From Dipteris shenzhenensis (taxonomy: Eukaryota): a stretch of DNA of 64,000 nt. Below the pieces are notes generated by a model. The model saw nothing but the letters and a program-made list of their open reading frames with translations, had not been told where the DNA came from and ran no database searches. Within the stretch, counting starts at the first letter, position 1. Each line of letters starts with the position of its first letter. The stretch is taken from NCBI GenBank assembly GCA_047967505.1, contig CM106538.1; one strand, given 5' to 3'. Below, piece by piece: positions 11,460 through 24,756 of this stretch. Made by a program: the position numbers and the translations under genes.

Positions 11460-14400
11460 TAAGAATGCACATGTGATTTTAGGCTTCTCAATGCCATTTT
11501 CTAGGGCCTAATAAGAGACTAGCACCATTGCCATTCTCCACTTGTACAAATGTCTACCCTACTATTCTAGGAGGGGTACTCTAGGAGAGTGATGTCCAAT
11601 TCCAATCCACATGTGAGTTTTATGATCTCAGTGTGATTATGTAGGTTTCAGCATGAGATTGGCATCACTCCCATTCTCCACGAGTGGTAGTCTAGACATT
11701 CCACTAATTATATTGGCTACAGTAGGATAATGGCAAAAGTGCCAATGCACATGTGAGTTTGGAATTCCTTGTGCATGTTTTCAAGTCATGGTATGAGATT
11801 GGCACCATTGCCATTCTCCACAGAGATTGACACAAATCCATATGATCTCTACACAGCAGAGATAGTGATCACTACATAAAAGAATGCACATGTGAGTTTA
11901 GGCTTCTCAATGCCATTTTGATGGGCCTAATAAGAGATTGCCACCACTGCCATTCTCCACTTGTACAAATGTTTACCCTACTATTGTAGGAGGGGTATTC
12001 GAGTGATCATAGGAGAGTGGTGTCTGATTCCAATCCAAATGTGAGTTTGATGATCTTAATGTCATTATATAGTTGCCATCATGAGATTGGCATCACTGCC
12101 ATTCCCCACTAGTGATAGTCTAGACAAACTAAACCTATAGATTGACATTCCAGGGCCTAATAAGAGATTGACACAATTCCATATGATCTCTACACAGCGG
12201 AGACAGTGATCAATACATAGAAGAATGCACATGTGAGTTTAGGATTCTCAATGCCATTTCTTAGGGCCAGCATGAGTTTGGCATCACTGCCATTCTCCAC
12301 TAGTGGTAATCTAGACAAACTAAACCTATAGATTAACATTCCACTAATTTTATTGGCTGCAATAGGATAATGGCAAAAGTGCCAATGCACATGTGAGTTT
12401 AGGATTCCTTGTGCATGTTTTCAGGTCATGGTATGCGTTTGGCACCACTACCATTCTCCACTGGTGGCATTCTCCATAGAGATTGACACAAATCCATATG
12501 ATCTCTATACAGCGGAGACAGTGATCACTACATAGAAGAATGCACATGTGAGTTTAGGCTTCTCAATGCCATTTCTTAGGCCTAATAAGAGATTGGCACC
12601 ACTACCATTCTCCACCTGTACAAATGTTTACCCTATTATTCTAGGAGGGGTATTCCAGTGATCATAGGAGAGTGGTGTCCGATTCCATTCCACATGTGAG
12701 TTTGATGATCTCAGTGTCATTATGTAGTTGCCAGCATGAGATCGGCATCACTGCCATTCTCTGCTAGTGGTAATTTAGACAAACTAAACCTATAGATTCA
12801 CATTCCACTAATTTTATTGGCTGTAGTAGGATAATGGTCAAAGTTCAAATGCACATGTGGGTTTAGGATTCCTTGTGCATGTTTTCAGGTCATGGTATGA
12901 GATTAGCACCACTGCCATTCTCCACTGGTGGCATTCTTCACAGAGATTGACACAATTCCATATGATCTCTACACAGTGGAGACAGTGATCACTACATAGA
13001 AGAATGCACATTTGAGTTTAGGATTCCTTGTGCATGTTTTCAGGTCATGGTATGAGATTGGCACCACTGCCATTCTCCTCCATAGAGATTGACACAAATC
13101 CATATGATCTCTGCACATGTGCGTTTAGGCTTCTCAATGCCATTTCTTAGGGCCTGATGGCACCACTGCGATTCTCGACTTGTACAAATGTTTACGCTAC
13201 TATTCTAGGAGGGGTTCCAGTGATCATAGGAGAGTGGTGTCCTATGCCATTCCACATGTGAGTTTGATGATCTCAGAGATTGACACAATTCCATATGATC
13301 TCTACAGAGTGGAGACAGTGATCACTACATAGAAGAATGCACATGTGAGTTTAGGATTCTTTGTGCATGTTTTTAGGTCATGGTATGAGATTGGCACCAG
13401 TACCATTCTCCACTGGTGGCATTCTCCACAGAGATTGACATAATTCCATATGATCTCTACATAGTGGAGACAGTGATCACCACATAGAAGAATGCACATG
13501 TGAGTTTAGGATTGCTTGTGCATGTTTTCAGGTCATGGAATGAGATTGGCACCACTACCATTCTCCACTGGTGGCATTCTCCATAGAGATTGACACAATT
13601 CCATATGATCTCTACATAGCGGAGACAGTGATCACTACATAGAGGAATGCACATGTGAGTTTAGGATTCCTTGTGCATGTTTTCAGGTCATGGTATGAGA
13701 TTGGCACCACTGCCATTCTCAACTGGTGGTATTCTCCATAGAGATTGACACAAATCCATATGATCTCTGCACATGTGAGTTAGGCTTCTCAATGCCATTT
13801 CTTAGGGCCTAATAAGAGATTGGCACCACTGCCATTCTCCACTTGTACAAATGTTTACCCTACCATTCTAGGAGGGGTATTCTAGTGATCATAGAAGAGT
13901 GGCATCCTATTCCATTCCACATGTGAGTTTGATGATCTCAGTGTGATTATGTAGTTGCCAACATGAGATTGGCATCACTGCCATTCTCCGCTAGTGGTAA
14001 TGTAGACAAATTGCACCTATAGATTGACATTCCACTAATTTTATTGGCTACAAAAGGATAATGGCAAAAGTGAGTTTAGGATTCCTTGTGCATGTTTTCA
14101 AGTCATGGTATGAGATTGGCACCACCGCCATTCTCCACTGGTGGCATTCTCCCCAGAGATTGACACAATTCCATATGATCTCTACACAGTGGAGATAGTG
14201 ATCACTACATAGAAGAATGCACATGTGAGTTTTGGCTTCTCAATGCCATTTCTTAGGGCCTGATAAGAGATTGGCACCACTGCCATTCTCCACTTGTAGA
14301 AATGTTTACCCTACTATTCGAGGAGGGGTCTTCCAGTGATCATAGGAGAGTGGTGTCCGATTCCATTCCACACTAGTGGTAGTCTAGACAGCATGAGATT

Positions 14401-17400
14401 GGCATCACTGCCATTCTCCGCTAGTGGGAATCTAGACAAACTGAACCTATAGATTGACATTCCACTAATTTTATTGGCTGCAGTAGGATAATGGCAAAAG
14501 TGCCAATGCACATGTGAGCTTAGGATTCCTTGTGCATGTTTTCAGGTCATGTTATGAGATTGGCACCACTACCATTCTCCACTAGGTGCATTCTCCACAA
14601 AGATTGACACATTTCCATATGATCTCTACTCAGCGGAGACAGTGATCACTACATAGAAGAATGCACATGTGAGTTTAGGCTTCTCAATGCCATTTCTTAG
14701 GGCCTAATAAGAGATTGGCACCACTGCCATTCTCCACTTGTACAAATGTTTACCCTACTATTCTAGGAGGGGTATTCCAGTGATCATAGGAGAGTGGTGT
14801 CCGATCCCAGTCCAAACGTGAGTTTGATGATCACAATGTCATTATATAGCTGCCATCATGAGATTGGCATCACTGCCATCCCCCACTAGTGGTAGTCTAG
14901 ACAAAATAAACCTATAGATTGACATTCCAGGGCCTAATAAGAGATGGACACAATTCCATCTGATCTCTACATCACGGAGACAGTGATCACTACATAGATT
15001 AATGCACATGTGAGCTTAGGATTCTCAATGCCATTTCTTAGGGCAAGCATGAGATTGGCATCATTGCCATTCTTTGCTAGTGGTAATCTAGACAAACTGA
15101 ACCTATAGATTGACATTCCACTAATTTTATTAGCTGCAATAGGATAACGGCAAAAGTACCAATGCACATGTGAGTTTAGGATTCCTTGTGCATGTTTTCA
15201 GGTCATGGTATGAGATTGACAGCACTGCCATTCTCCAATTCTATAGATTGACATTCCAGGGCCTAATAAGAGATTGACACAATTGCATATGATCTCTACA
15301 CAGCGGAGACAGTGATCACTACATAGAAGAATGCACATGTGAGTTTAGGATTCTCAATGGCATTTCTTAGGGCAAGCATGAGATTGGCATCACTACCATT
15401 CTCCGCTAGTGGTAATCTAGAAAAACTAAACCTATAGATTGACATTCCACTAATTTTATTGGCTACAATAGGATAATGGCAAAAGTGCCAATGCACATGT
15501 GAGTTTAGGATTCCTGGTGCATGTTTTCAGGTCATGGTATGAGATTGGCACCACTGCCATTCTCCACTGGTGGGATTCTCCAGACAGATTGACACAATTC
15601 CATATGATCCCTACACATCGAAGACTGTGATCACTACATAGAAGAATGCACATCACCACTAGTGTAGAATGGCAGTAGGATAATGCCAAAAGTGCCAATG
15701 CATGTTTTCAGGTCATGGTATGAGATTGGCACCACTGCCATTCTCCATAGAGATTTGTATCAATCGTTGTGGAGAATCCATAGAAGAATGCACATGTCAG
15801 TTTACGCTTCTCAAGCCATTTCTTAGGGCCTAATAAGAGATTGGCACCACTGCCATTCTCCACTTGTACAAATGTTTACCCTACTATTCTAGGAGGGGTA
15901 TTCTAGTGATCATAGAAGAGTGGTGTCCGATTCCATTCCACATGTGAGTTTGATGATCTCAATGACATTATGTAGTTGCCAGCATGAGATCGGCATCACT
16001 GCCATTCTCCACTAGTGGTAATCTAGTCAAAATAAACTTATGAATTGACATTCCACTAATTTTATTGGCTGCAGTAGGATAATGGCAAAAGTACAAATGC
16101 ACATGTGAGTTTAGGATTCCTTGTGCATGTTTTCACGTCATGGTATGAGATTGGCACCACTGCCATTCTCCACTGGTGGCATTCTCCATAGAGATTGGCA
16201 CAAATCCATATGATCTCTACAAAGGGGAGACAATGATCACTACATAGAAGAATGCACATGTGAGTTTAGGCTTCTTAATGCCATTTATTAGGGCCTAATA
16301 AGAGATTGGCACCACTTCCATTCTCCACTTGTACAAATGTTTACCCTACTATTCTAGGAGGGGTATTCTAGTGATCATAGGAGAGTGGTGTCCGATTCCA
16401 ATCCAAATGTGAGTTTGATGATCTCAATGTCATTATATAGTTACCAGCATGAGATTGGCATCACTGCCATTCCCCGCTAGTGCTAGTCTAGACAAACTAA
16501 ACCTATAGATTGACATTCCAAGGCCTAATAAGAGATTGACACAATTGCATATGATCTCTACATAGCGGAGACAGTGATCACTACATAGAAGAATGCACAT
16601 GTGAGTTTAGGATTCTCAATGCCATTTCTTAGGGCAATGATTAGATTGGCATCACTGCCATTTTCCGCTAGTGGTTATCTAGACAAACTAAACCTATAGA
16701 TTGACATTCCACTAATTTTATTGGCTACAGTAGGATAATGGCAAAAGTGCCAATGCACATGTGAGTTTAGGATTCCTTGTGCATGTTTTCACGTCATGGT
16801 ATGAGATTGGCACCACTGCCATTCTCCACTGGTTGCATTCTCCAGAGAGATTGACACAAATCCATATGATCTCTACACATCGAAGACTCTGATCACTACA
16901 TAAAAGAATGCACATTACCACTAGCGGAGAATGGCAGTAGGATAATGGCAAAGGTGCCAATGCACATGTGAGTTTAGGATTCCTTGTGCATGTTTTTAGG
17001 TCATGGTATGACATTGGCATCACTGCCATTCTCCACTGGTGGCATTCTCCACAGAGATTTACACAAATCCATATGATCTCTACACAGTGGAGACAGTGAT
17101 CACTACATAGAAGAATGCACATGTGAGTTTGGGCTTCTCCATGCCATTTATTAGAGCCTAATAAGGAGATTGGCACCACTACCATTCTCCACTTGTAGAA
17201 ATGTTTACCCTACTATTCTAGGAGGGGTATTCCTATGCTAATCCAAATGTGAGTTTGATGATCTCAATGTCATTATGTAGTTGCCAGCATGAGATTGGCA
17301 TCACTGCCATTCCCCACTAGTGGTAGTCTAGACAAACTAAACCTATAGATTGACATTCCAGGGCCTAAAAGAGATTGACACAATTCCATATGATCTCTAC

Positions 17401-19589
17401 ACAGTGGAGACAGTGATCATTACATAGAAGAATGCACATGTGAGTTTAGGATTCTCAATGCCATTTCTTAGGGCAAGCGTGAGATTGGCATCACTACCAA
17501 TCTCCGCTAGTGGTAATCTATACAAACTAAACCTATAGATTGACATTCCACTAATTTTATTAGCTGCAGTAGGATAATGGCAAAAGTGCCAATGCACATG
17601 TGAGTTTAGGATTCCTTGTGCATGTTTTGAAGTCGTGGTATGAGATTGGCACCACTGTCATTCTCCACAGAGATTGACACAATTCCATATGATCTCTACA
17701 CAGCAGAGACAGTGTTCACTACATAGAAGAATGCACGTGTGAGTTTAGGCTTCTTAATGCCATTTTCTAGGGCCTAATAAGAGCTTGGCACCACTGCCAT
17801 TCTCCACTTGTACAAATGTTTACCCTACTATTCTAGGAGTGGTATTCCGGTGATCATAGGAGAGTGGTGTCCAATTCAAATCCAAATCTGAGTTTCATGA
17901 TCTCAATGTCATTATATAGTTGCGAGCATGAGATTGGCATCACTGCCATTCCCCACTAGTGGTAGTCTAGACAAACTCAACCTATAGATTGACATTCCAG
18001 GGCCTAAAATTTAGGATTCTCAATGCCATTTCTTAGGGCAAGCATGAGATTGGCATCACTGCCATTCTCTGCTAGTGGTAATCTAGACAAACTAGACCTA
18101 TAGATTGATGTTTACCCTACTATTCTAGAAGGGGTATTCCAGTGATCATAGGAGAGTGGTGTCCGATTCCAATCCAAATGTGAGTTTGATGATCTCAATC
18201 TCATTATATAGTTACCAACATGAGATTGGCATCACTACTATTCCCCACTAGTAGTCTAATTTTATTGGCATTCTCCACACAGATTGACACAATTCCATAT
18301 AATCTCTACACAGTGGAGATAGTGATCACTACATAGAAGAATGCACATGTGAGTTTAGGCTTCTCAATGCCATTTCTTAGGGCCTAATAAGAGATTGGTA
18401 CCACTACCATTCTCCACTTGTACAAATGTTTACCCTACTATTCTAGGAGGGGTATTCCAGTGATCATAGGAGAGTGGTGTCCGATTCCAATCCACATGTG
18501 AGTTTGATGATCTCAGAGATTGACACAATTCCATATGATCTCTACATAGCAGAGACAGTGATCACTACATAGAAGAATGCACATGTCAGTTTCAGATTCC
18601 TTGTGCATGTTTTCAGGTCATGGTATGAGATTGGTACCACTACCATTCTCCAGAGAGATTGACACAACTCCATATGATCTCTGCACAGCGGAGATAGTGA
18701 TCACTACATAGAAGAATGCACATGTGAGTTTAGGATTTCTTATGCATGTTTTCAGGTCATGATATGAGATTGGCACCACTACCATTCTCCACAGAGATTG
18801 ACACAATTCCATATGATCTCTACATAGCAGAGACAGTGATCACTACATAGAAGAATGCACATGTGAGTTTAGGATTCTCAATGGCATTTCTTAGGGCAAG
18901 CATGAGATTGGCATCACTCCCATTCTCCGCTAGTGGTAATCTAGACAAACTAAACCTATAGATTGACATTCCACTAATTTTATTGGCTGCAGTAGGATAA
19001 TGGCAAAAGTACCAATGCACATGTGAGTTTAGGATTCCTTGTGCATGTTTTCAGGTCATGGTATGAGATTGGCACCACTACCATTCTCCAGTGGTGGCAT
19101 TCTCCACAAAGATTGACACAATTCCATATGATCTCTACACATTGGAGACTGTGATCACTACATAGAAGAATGCACATTACCACTAGCGGAGAATGGCAGT
19201 AGGATAATGCCAAAAGTGCCAATGCATGTTTTCAGGTCATGGTATGAGATTGGCACCACTGCCATTCTCCACAGAGATTTGTGTCAATCTCTGTGGAGAA
19301 TACATAGAAGAATGCACATGTCAGTTTACGTTTCTCAATGCCATTTCTTAGGGCCTAATAAGAGATTGGCACCACTGACATTCTCCACTTGTACAAATGT
19401 TTACCCTACATGAGATTGGCATCACTGCCATTCCCCACTAGTGGTAGTCTAGACAAACTAAACCTATAGATTGACATTCCAGGGCCTAAAAGAGATTGAC
19501 ACAATTCCATATGATCTCTACACAGAGGAGACAGTGATCTTTACATAGAAGAATGCACATGTGAGTTTAGGATTCTCAATGCCATTTCT
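11460..19589 (+). repeat. Satellite array block 1 (155-bp period; + defined as GAGATTGGCACCACTGCCATTCTCC on the top strand)
   Basis: Three monomer types share two boxes, GAGATTGGCA(C/T)CACTGCCATTCTCC and CACATGTGAGTTT. 155-bp offset between 13302 and 13457; 465-bp trimer between 15864 and 16329. Confidence 0.95.
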
Positions 19590-20851
19590 GTGAACCATTC
19601 CTGATGATTTGTCATATGAGATGATGCACCGCTGTCGATGTACCAAGGATCCTGTTCCACTTGGTCGACTTGATAGCTAAAATCCTCTTTGGGATTGAAA
19701 TCAGTGTCTAGGTGCATTGTATCAGTCTGATGCAATTCTTCACTTGCAAGAAACATATTGCCATGTTCATTTGCAAAATGACTGTGACTAGAATGTCCAC
19801 CACGATGATTTCCTCTTCCTCGGGAATTCCCTCGATTACTGCTGGATTGATTGCCTTGATCATACTGCTTCTTGCGGCAATCTCTTTCATAGTGTCCAAA
19901 CTTGTGATAGTAGTTGCACTGGATGTTTGACACATTGGTGGATGCATTCCCTCGTCCTTGAAATCTTCCTCGGTTGGAATGATTTCCTCTTTGCTGATTC
20001 TGATGTTGCTGAGGATGATGCTGATGCTGATGTTGATTTTGACTTTGATTTTGTTGATGATAACCACTTTTCTGATATGATCTACCTCTGTTTCTACCTT
20101 TGCCTCTGCTTCTATCTGAAGCTGTGAATGCTTGATCATTAGAATGACCTTTACGTGCTTGAATGGCCTGAGTCCTAAGTTCTTCACCAAGTAGAACTGA
20201 CTGAAGTCCTTCTAGTGTTGGAATTTGCCGTTGGATGGCAATACTCTGGACTAGATTCTCATATCCTTTTCCTAGTCCATTCAGCATTACTTGAACCATT
20301 TCTGCGGGATTCATAGTCTCTCCTGCTGCTGCAAGTTGATTGTTGTAGTCTTTGATGCAGAGTACATAAGCATGACCGGTTTCACTGCTGTTGCGGAAAC
20401 TCTGGTTGATCTGGTTTCTCAGGGTGAGAATCCTGGACGTGTTCTTGGACTCATAGAGAGCTACGAACATATCCCATGCTTCTTTTGATGTCTTGACTGT
20501 GTTGAGCTGTTCTAGCATGACATCTTGCACATTCTGCTTGATCAGGTGATAGGCATACTTGTCTTTCTTATCCCATTCTACTTGAGCTCGGGCAATGGTA
20601 GGATCTGCTACTGGTGCGGAAACTGTTTGTGTAGATGTAGATCCCGATGTAGATCCCGTTGCTGGTGTTGTGACAACAGATGGAGTAGAGCTACTGGTGG
20701 CTGGATCGACCAATGGTCTAGGTATAGATCCATCGACATACTCCCATTTGTCCTGAAGCACAAGAATGGTCTCCATTCGATATTTCCATGTACCATAATT
20801 GGAGTTGTCTAACTTAGCAGATGCCTCTAGATTGAGGTTGCTAGTCGACAT
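19590..20851 (-). pseudogene. gag: Copia Gag plus N-terminus of aspartic protease (truncated)
   Basis: MSTSNLNLEASAKLDNSNYGTWKYRME; UBN2-type Gag; degenerate knuckle CNYYHKFGHYERDC; WYIDSGASSHMT; the frame runs out into satellite (stop at 19541). Confidence 0.9.
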
Positions 20852-21634
20852 GGTGCAAACAATGTACTCAAAAAGTGTCCTAGAAAACTCTGTATGAATC
20901 AACTGCAAATACACTGAAGATGCCAAGTGAAATCTCTGTACCGTCGGTGAAGATAGAACTGCAGTAAATAAGATCTGACCTGTGTTACAAGGCTTGTGGC
21001 AATGATGCCGGGAATAGCCAAGAGGCTTTACAAGGCTAAAAAATGATGTGCACGATGCCGTGAGATAGCCAAATAGGCTTTACAATGGTGGCATGTGTGT
21101 GTGAAATCAAATGATATCTGCCCACTAAATCAATCTGCAATGCCTCTGAACTCTGAAGTCTGCTCACTGAACTGATGAACGTAAGGTTTCAGGTAATGTA
21201 ATGATGTGAAATCGGATGTGAGCGTATGGACTGACTCCGAGTAGGTACTAGTTGGGAATTTCGGGCATGGCTTAGATTGGCAACTTGGGGAAATTCAAAG
21301 CGTCCCCTCTATGGCGATCTAGTCTACTCTGATCTAGATCTAAACCAACTGTCGATCGATGAAAGAACAGCAAATAATTCCTTTTCTTTTGTTCTTTTTA
21401 AGTGCTGGGTCAGATGCATCGATGTAGAGGCAAATGTGCGTGAAGGAAGTGGTTTTGTCGGCGAGGCACAAATGTGAGTGTAACTTGCGCCGAAATGTGT
21501 GTGTGATGTAACGAGCACGTAGAGCACAAAAAAACGAGCGACTTTTCTTTTTGGAGCACCCTCAAATTCTTCCTGAATCAAGAGATATGACTTGATCTAG
21601 GTGGAGGGGCAAAAGGAGTGCAAATGGTGCTCAA

Positions 21635-22125
21635 TGATGATGTGTCACTGTGAGTCACATGCAGTGATGATGTGGCATTGTGCTTAGCAAGAGGTGTGCC
21701 AGTGAAGCTCTGTGCTGAGGTGGTAGGAGTGTGCACATGCAGTGTGTGCACAGTGTGCTTGGCAAGGGACTGTGCCTACAGAGGGTCAGTGCTGACTGGA
21801 CTCTGCTGAGGTGGCACTGCTGAGTTGGCACAGATGATGTCAATAGGGTGACGGGGCAATGCTGACATGGGATTGATGACATGTCCCTGATGATGTGGTA
21901 GGTGACGTGGCAGTCGGTGATGATGTGGCAGTCGATGATGATGTGGCCTGATGACATGGATTGTTGACGTGTCAATGCTGATGTGGTAGTGTGGATAGGG
22001 TGATGACATGGCAATGATGATGTGGCAGAGGATAAGACAGCTACACGTGGCACATCCGAGTGCCTGATGATGTGGCAATTGGAGATAAGGTTGCCACGTG
22101 GCAAAACTCTATCTGCCACATGTCG
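21635..22125. repeat. Dispersed GATGATGTGGCA / ACGTGGC motif cluster in the leader of element 1
   Basis: About ten GATGATGTGG-like copies (e.g. 21666, 21889, 21919, 22016, 22066) and GCCACGTGGC at 22093-22102. Confidence 0.7.
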
Positions 22126-23359
22126 AAATGCGAGGCACCAGAATCTATCCAAGATTCTGATGGAATCTTGGAGATTTCGTCGTCTTCTCCGTTGATGGAG
22201 GCAGCCGGGCACTGGCCGTCGAGGTGCCTTCGGAGGTGGTTGTGAAGCCGTCAGGCTTGTGGCTATGCAGTCCCGTTTGGAGAGGCTGTCGATCGGAGAT
22301 GAAGAAGGTGCTAGGCGCTGGTCCGTCGTGATCGTTGATGGGATGAGGCATTGGCGACGCTATGGAAGCCCGTTGGTGGAGTTGCTGGTGCTGTGGGGAG
22401 CCACTTTGTGAAGCGGGTTGGAGAGCTCTCAGACAGCATTGCTAGAGCCTGTAGAGCCCGTGGAAGAGGAGGCTGGGCCAGAGCGTTGCTCTTTGGTTTG
22501 GGAGTCGAAGGTTCGCTATGGAGCAGCCCGATTGTTCGAAGGTCGTTGGTGTTGTTGATGCATTTAGCACCTCTCCAGATGCTCTTTGTTGCATAGATGG
22601 CTCGTTGTTAGGAGCAGTCGCCTTGCTTGTCGTAGAAGACAAGCAAGTCTTGGGTTTGTTAAAGGAGACCTTCGGGTTGACATGACTTTAGTAGCCAGAC
22701 TTGCTGCGCTCTATCTTGCTCTTCGCCATGAGGGGCTCCTCCAAAGTCATGGTAGGAAGGAGGATTCACAGTGGGCGTCGATGGCAGTGGAGGTCACCTT
22801 ACTACATGAGTGCTATGCATGAGCTTTGCACTGGTCCGCCTTCGCTCATGAGCTCATGCTGCAGTCCGTTGAAGAGCGTTCGTTTGGAGCCTTGGAGCTG
22901 TTTGTTGAAGGCTCTGGCGGATGAAGCTGTGTGGACTTGGAGGAGTCGAAGCAATTGGAGCTCTCCAGTTACATGAGAGACTTGGAGTCTCACAGGACTT
23001 GAGCTCCAAACATAACTCTTTCTCTTCTCTCTTCGAAGAGAGATCTTACTAAAGCTTTACTTGTTCTTTGCAGAGATAAGACTCCCTATCTTTCCTTTCT
23101 TACTCCAAGTACAAAGGAAGCAGAACACTCTCTCTCACCGTAGATCTCTCAATCTTTCAAGAATAGAATTCTCTCGCAGAAGAACGAAAATCTTTCACAA
23201 ACTCTTGAAGGAGATGAACAGAAATATCTCACCAAATGGACGGAATTTTCTCTCAACGGAAGTGAAGGGAAGGATCTCACAATCACTCAAGAGAACTCTC
23301 AATCTCACAATCTCTCTCACACTCTCAAGAATCTCAATGTCTCAGCGGAAGACAAGGAA

Positions 23360-23371
23360 GCTCTGATACCA
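23360..23371 (-). other. Primer-binding site (tRNA-iMet) of element 1
   Basis: TGGTATCAGAGC on the minus strand directly after the LTR end. Confidence 0.95.
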
Positions 23372-23628
23372 TGACAAAATATGAAGAGGGGAGAGGAGAA
23401 GAGTGGAGATGAGGAGAGAGGGCACAGCTAGAGAGCACACCACAAATGACTAACTGTACACTAGAATTAGTTGAAAAAATAGAATATATACAAACCCTTT
23501 TAGGGTTAGGGTTAGGGAATCTAACCCTTTCCTTTATAGCACTCTATAAGGTTAGTGCTATGCACATATGATCACGTGATGGTGCTATGCACACATGATC
23601 ACATGATGTTGAGCGTGAACTCTCAACA
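23372..23628 (-). repeat. 5' LTR of element 1 (257 bp)
   Basis: Minus strand starts TGTTGAGA and ends TTTGTCA; bounded by satellite and PBS; contains (TTAGGG)3 at 23500-23517 and a 27-bp tandem pair at 23555-23608. Confidence 0.85.
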
Positions 23629-24756
23629 AGTGTTGCCAATCTCATACCATGACCTGAAAACATGCACAAGGAATCCTAAACTCACATGTGCATTGGCACT
23701 TTTTCCATTATCCTATTGCAGCCAATAAAATTAGTGGAATGTCAATCTATAGGTTCAGTTTGTCTAGATTACCACTAGCAGAGAATGGTAGTGGTGCCAA
23801 TCTCTTATTAGGCCCTAAGAAATGGCATTGAGAAGCCTAAAGTCACATGTGTAGAGATCATACGGATTTGTGTCAATCTCTATGGAGAATGCGACCAGTG
23901 GAGAATGGCAGTGGTGCCAATCTCATACCATGACCTGAAAACATACACAAGGAATCCTAAACTCACATGTGCATTCTTCTATGCAGTGATCACTGTCTCC
24001 GCTGTGTAGAGATCATATGGAATTGTGTCAATCTCTATGGAGAATGCACCAGTAGAGAATGGCAGTGGTGCCAATCTCATACCATGACCTAAAAACATGC
24101 ATAAGGAATCCTAAACTCACATGTGCATTTGCACTTTTGCTATTATCCTACTGCAGCCAATAAAATTAGTGGAATGTCAATCTATAGGTTTAGTTTGTCT
24201 AGATTACCACTAGCAGAGAATGGCAGTGATGCCAATCTCATGCTGGCAACTACATAATGACACTGAGATCATCAAACTCACATGTGGAATAGAATCGAAC
24301 ACCACTCACATGTGCCAATCTCATGCCTCCTAGAATAATAGGGTAAACATTTGTACAAGTTGAGAATGGCAGTGGTGCCAATAGGCCTAAGAAATGGCAT
24401 TGAGAAGCCTAAACTCACATCTGCATTCTTCTATGTAGTGATCACTATCTCCGCTATGTAGGGATCATATGGATTTGTGTCAATCTCTGTGGAGAATGCC
24501 ACCAGTGGAGAATGGCAGTGGTGCCAATCTCATACCATGACCTGAAAACATGCACAAGGAATCCTAAACTCACATGTGCATTGGCACTTTTGCCATTATC
24601 CTACTGCCATTCTCCGCTAGTGGTAATATGCATTCTCCTATGTAGTGATCATTGTCTCCGCTGTGTAGAGATCATATGGATTTGTGTCAATCTCTATGGA
24701 GAGTGCCACCAGTGGAGAATGGCAGTGGTGCCAATCTCATACCATGACCTGAAAAC
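23629..24756 (-). repeat. Satellite block 2 (inverted)
   Basis: GGAGAATGGCAGTGGTGCCAATCTC on the top strand. Confidence 0.95.

Larger units (their letters stand above)
19590..23628 (-). mobile_element. Ty1/Copia LTR retrotransposon 1, 3'-truncated just after the protease motif
   Basis: 5' LTR 23628-23372, PBS 23371-23360, ~2.5-kb leader, gag plus protease start; abuts satellite at ~19589; no integrase, RT or 3' LTR. Confidence 0.9.

Noticed and set aside
23498-23517. Interstitial telomere or chromosome-healing site
   Set aside because: There are only three units, and they lie inside an LTR bounded by a PBS and a TG terminus.
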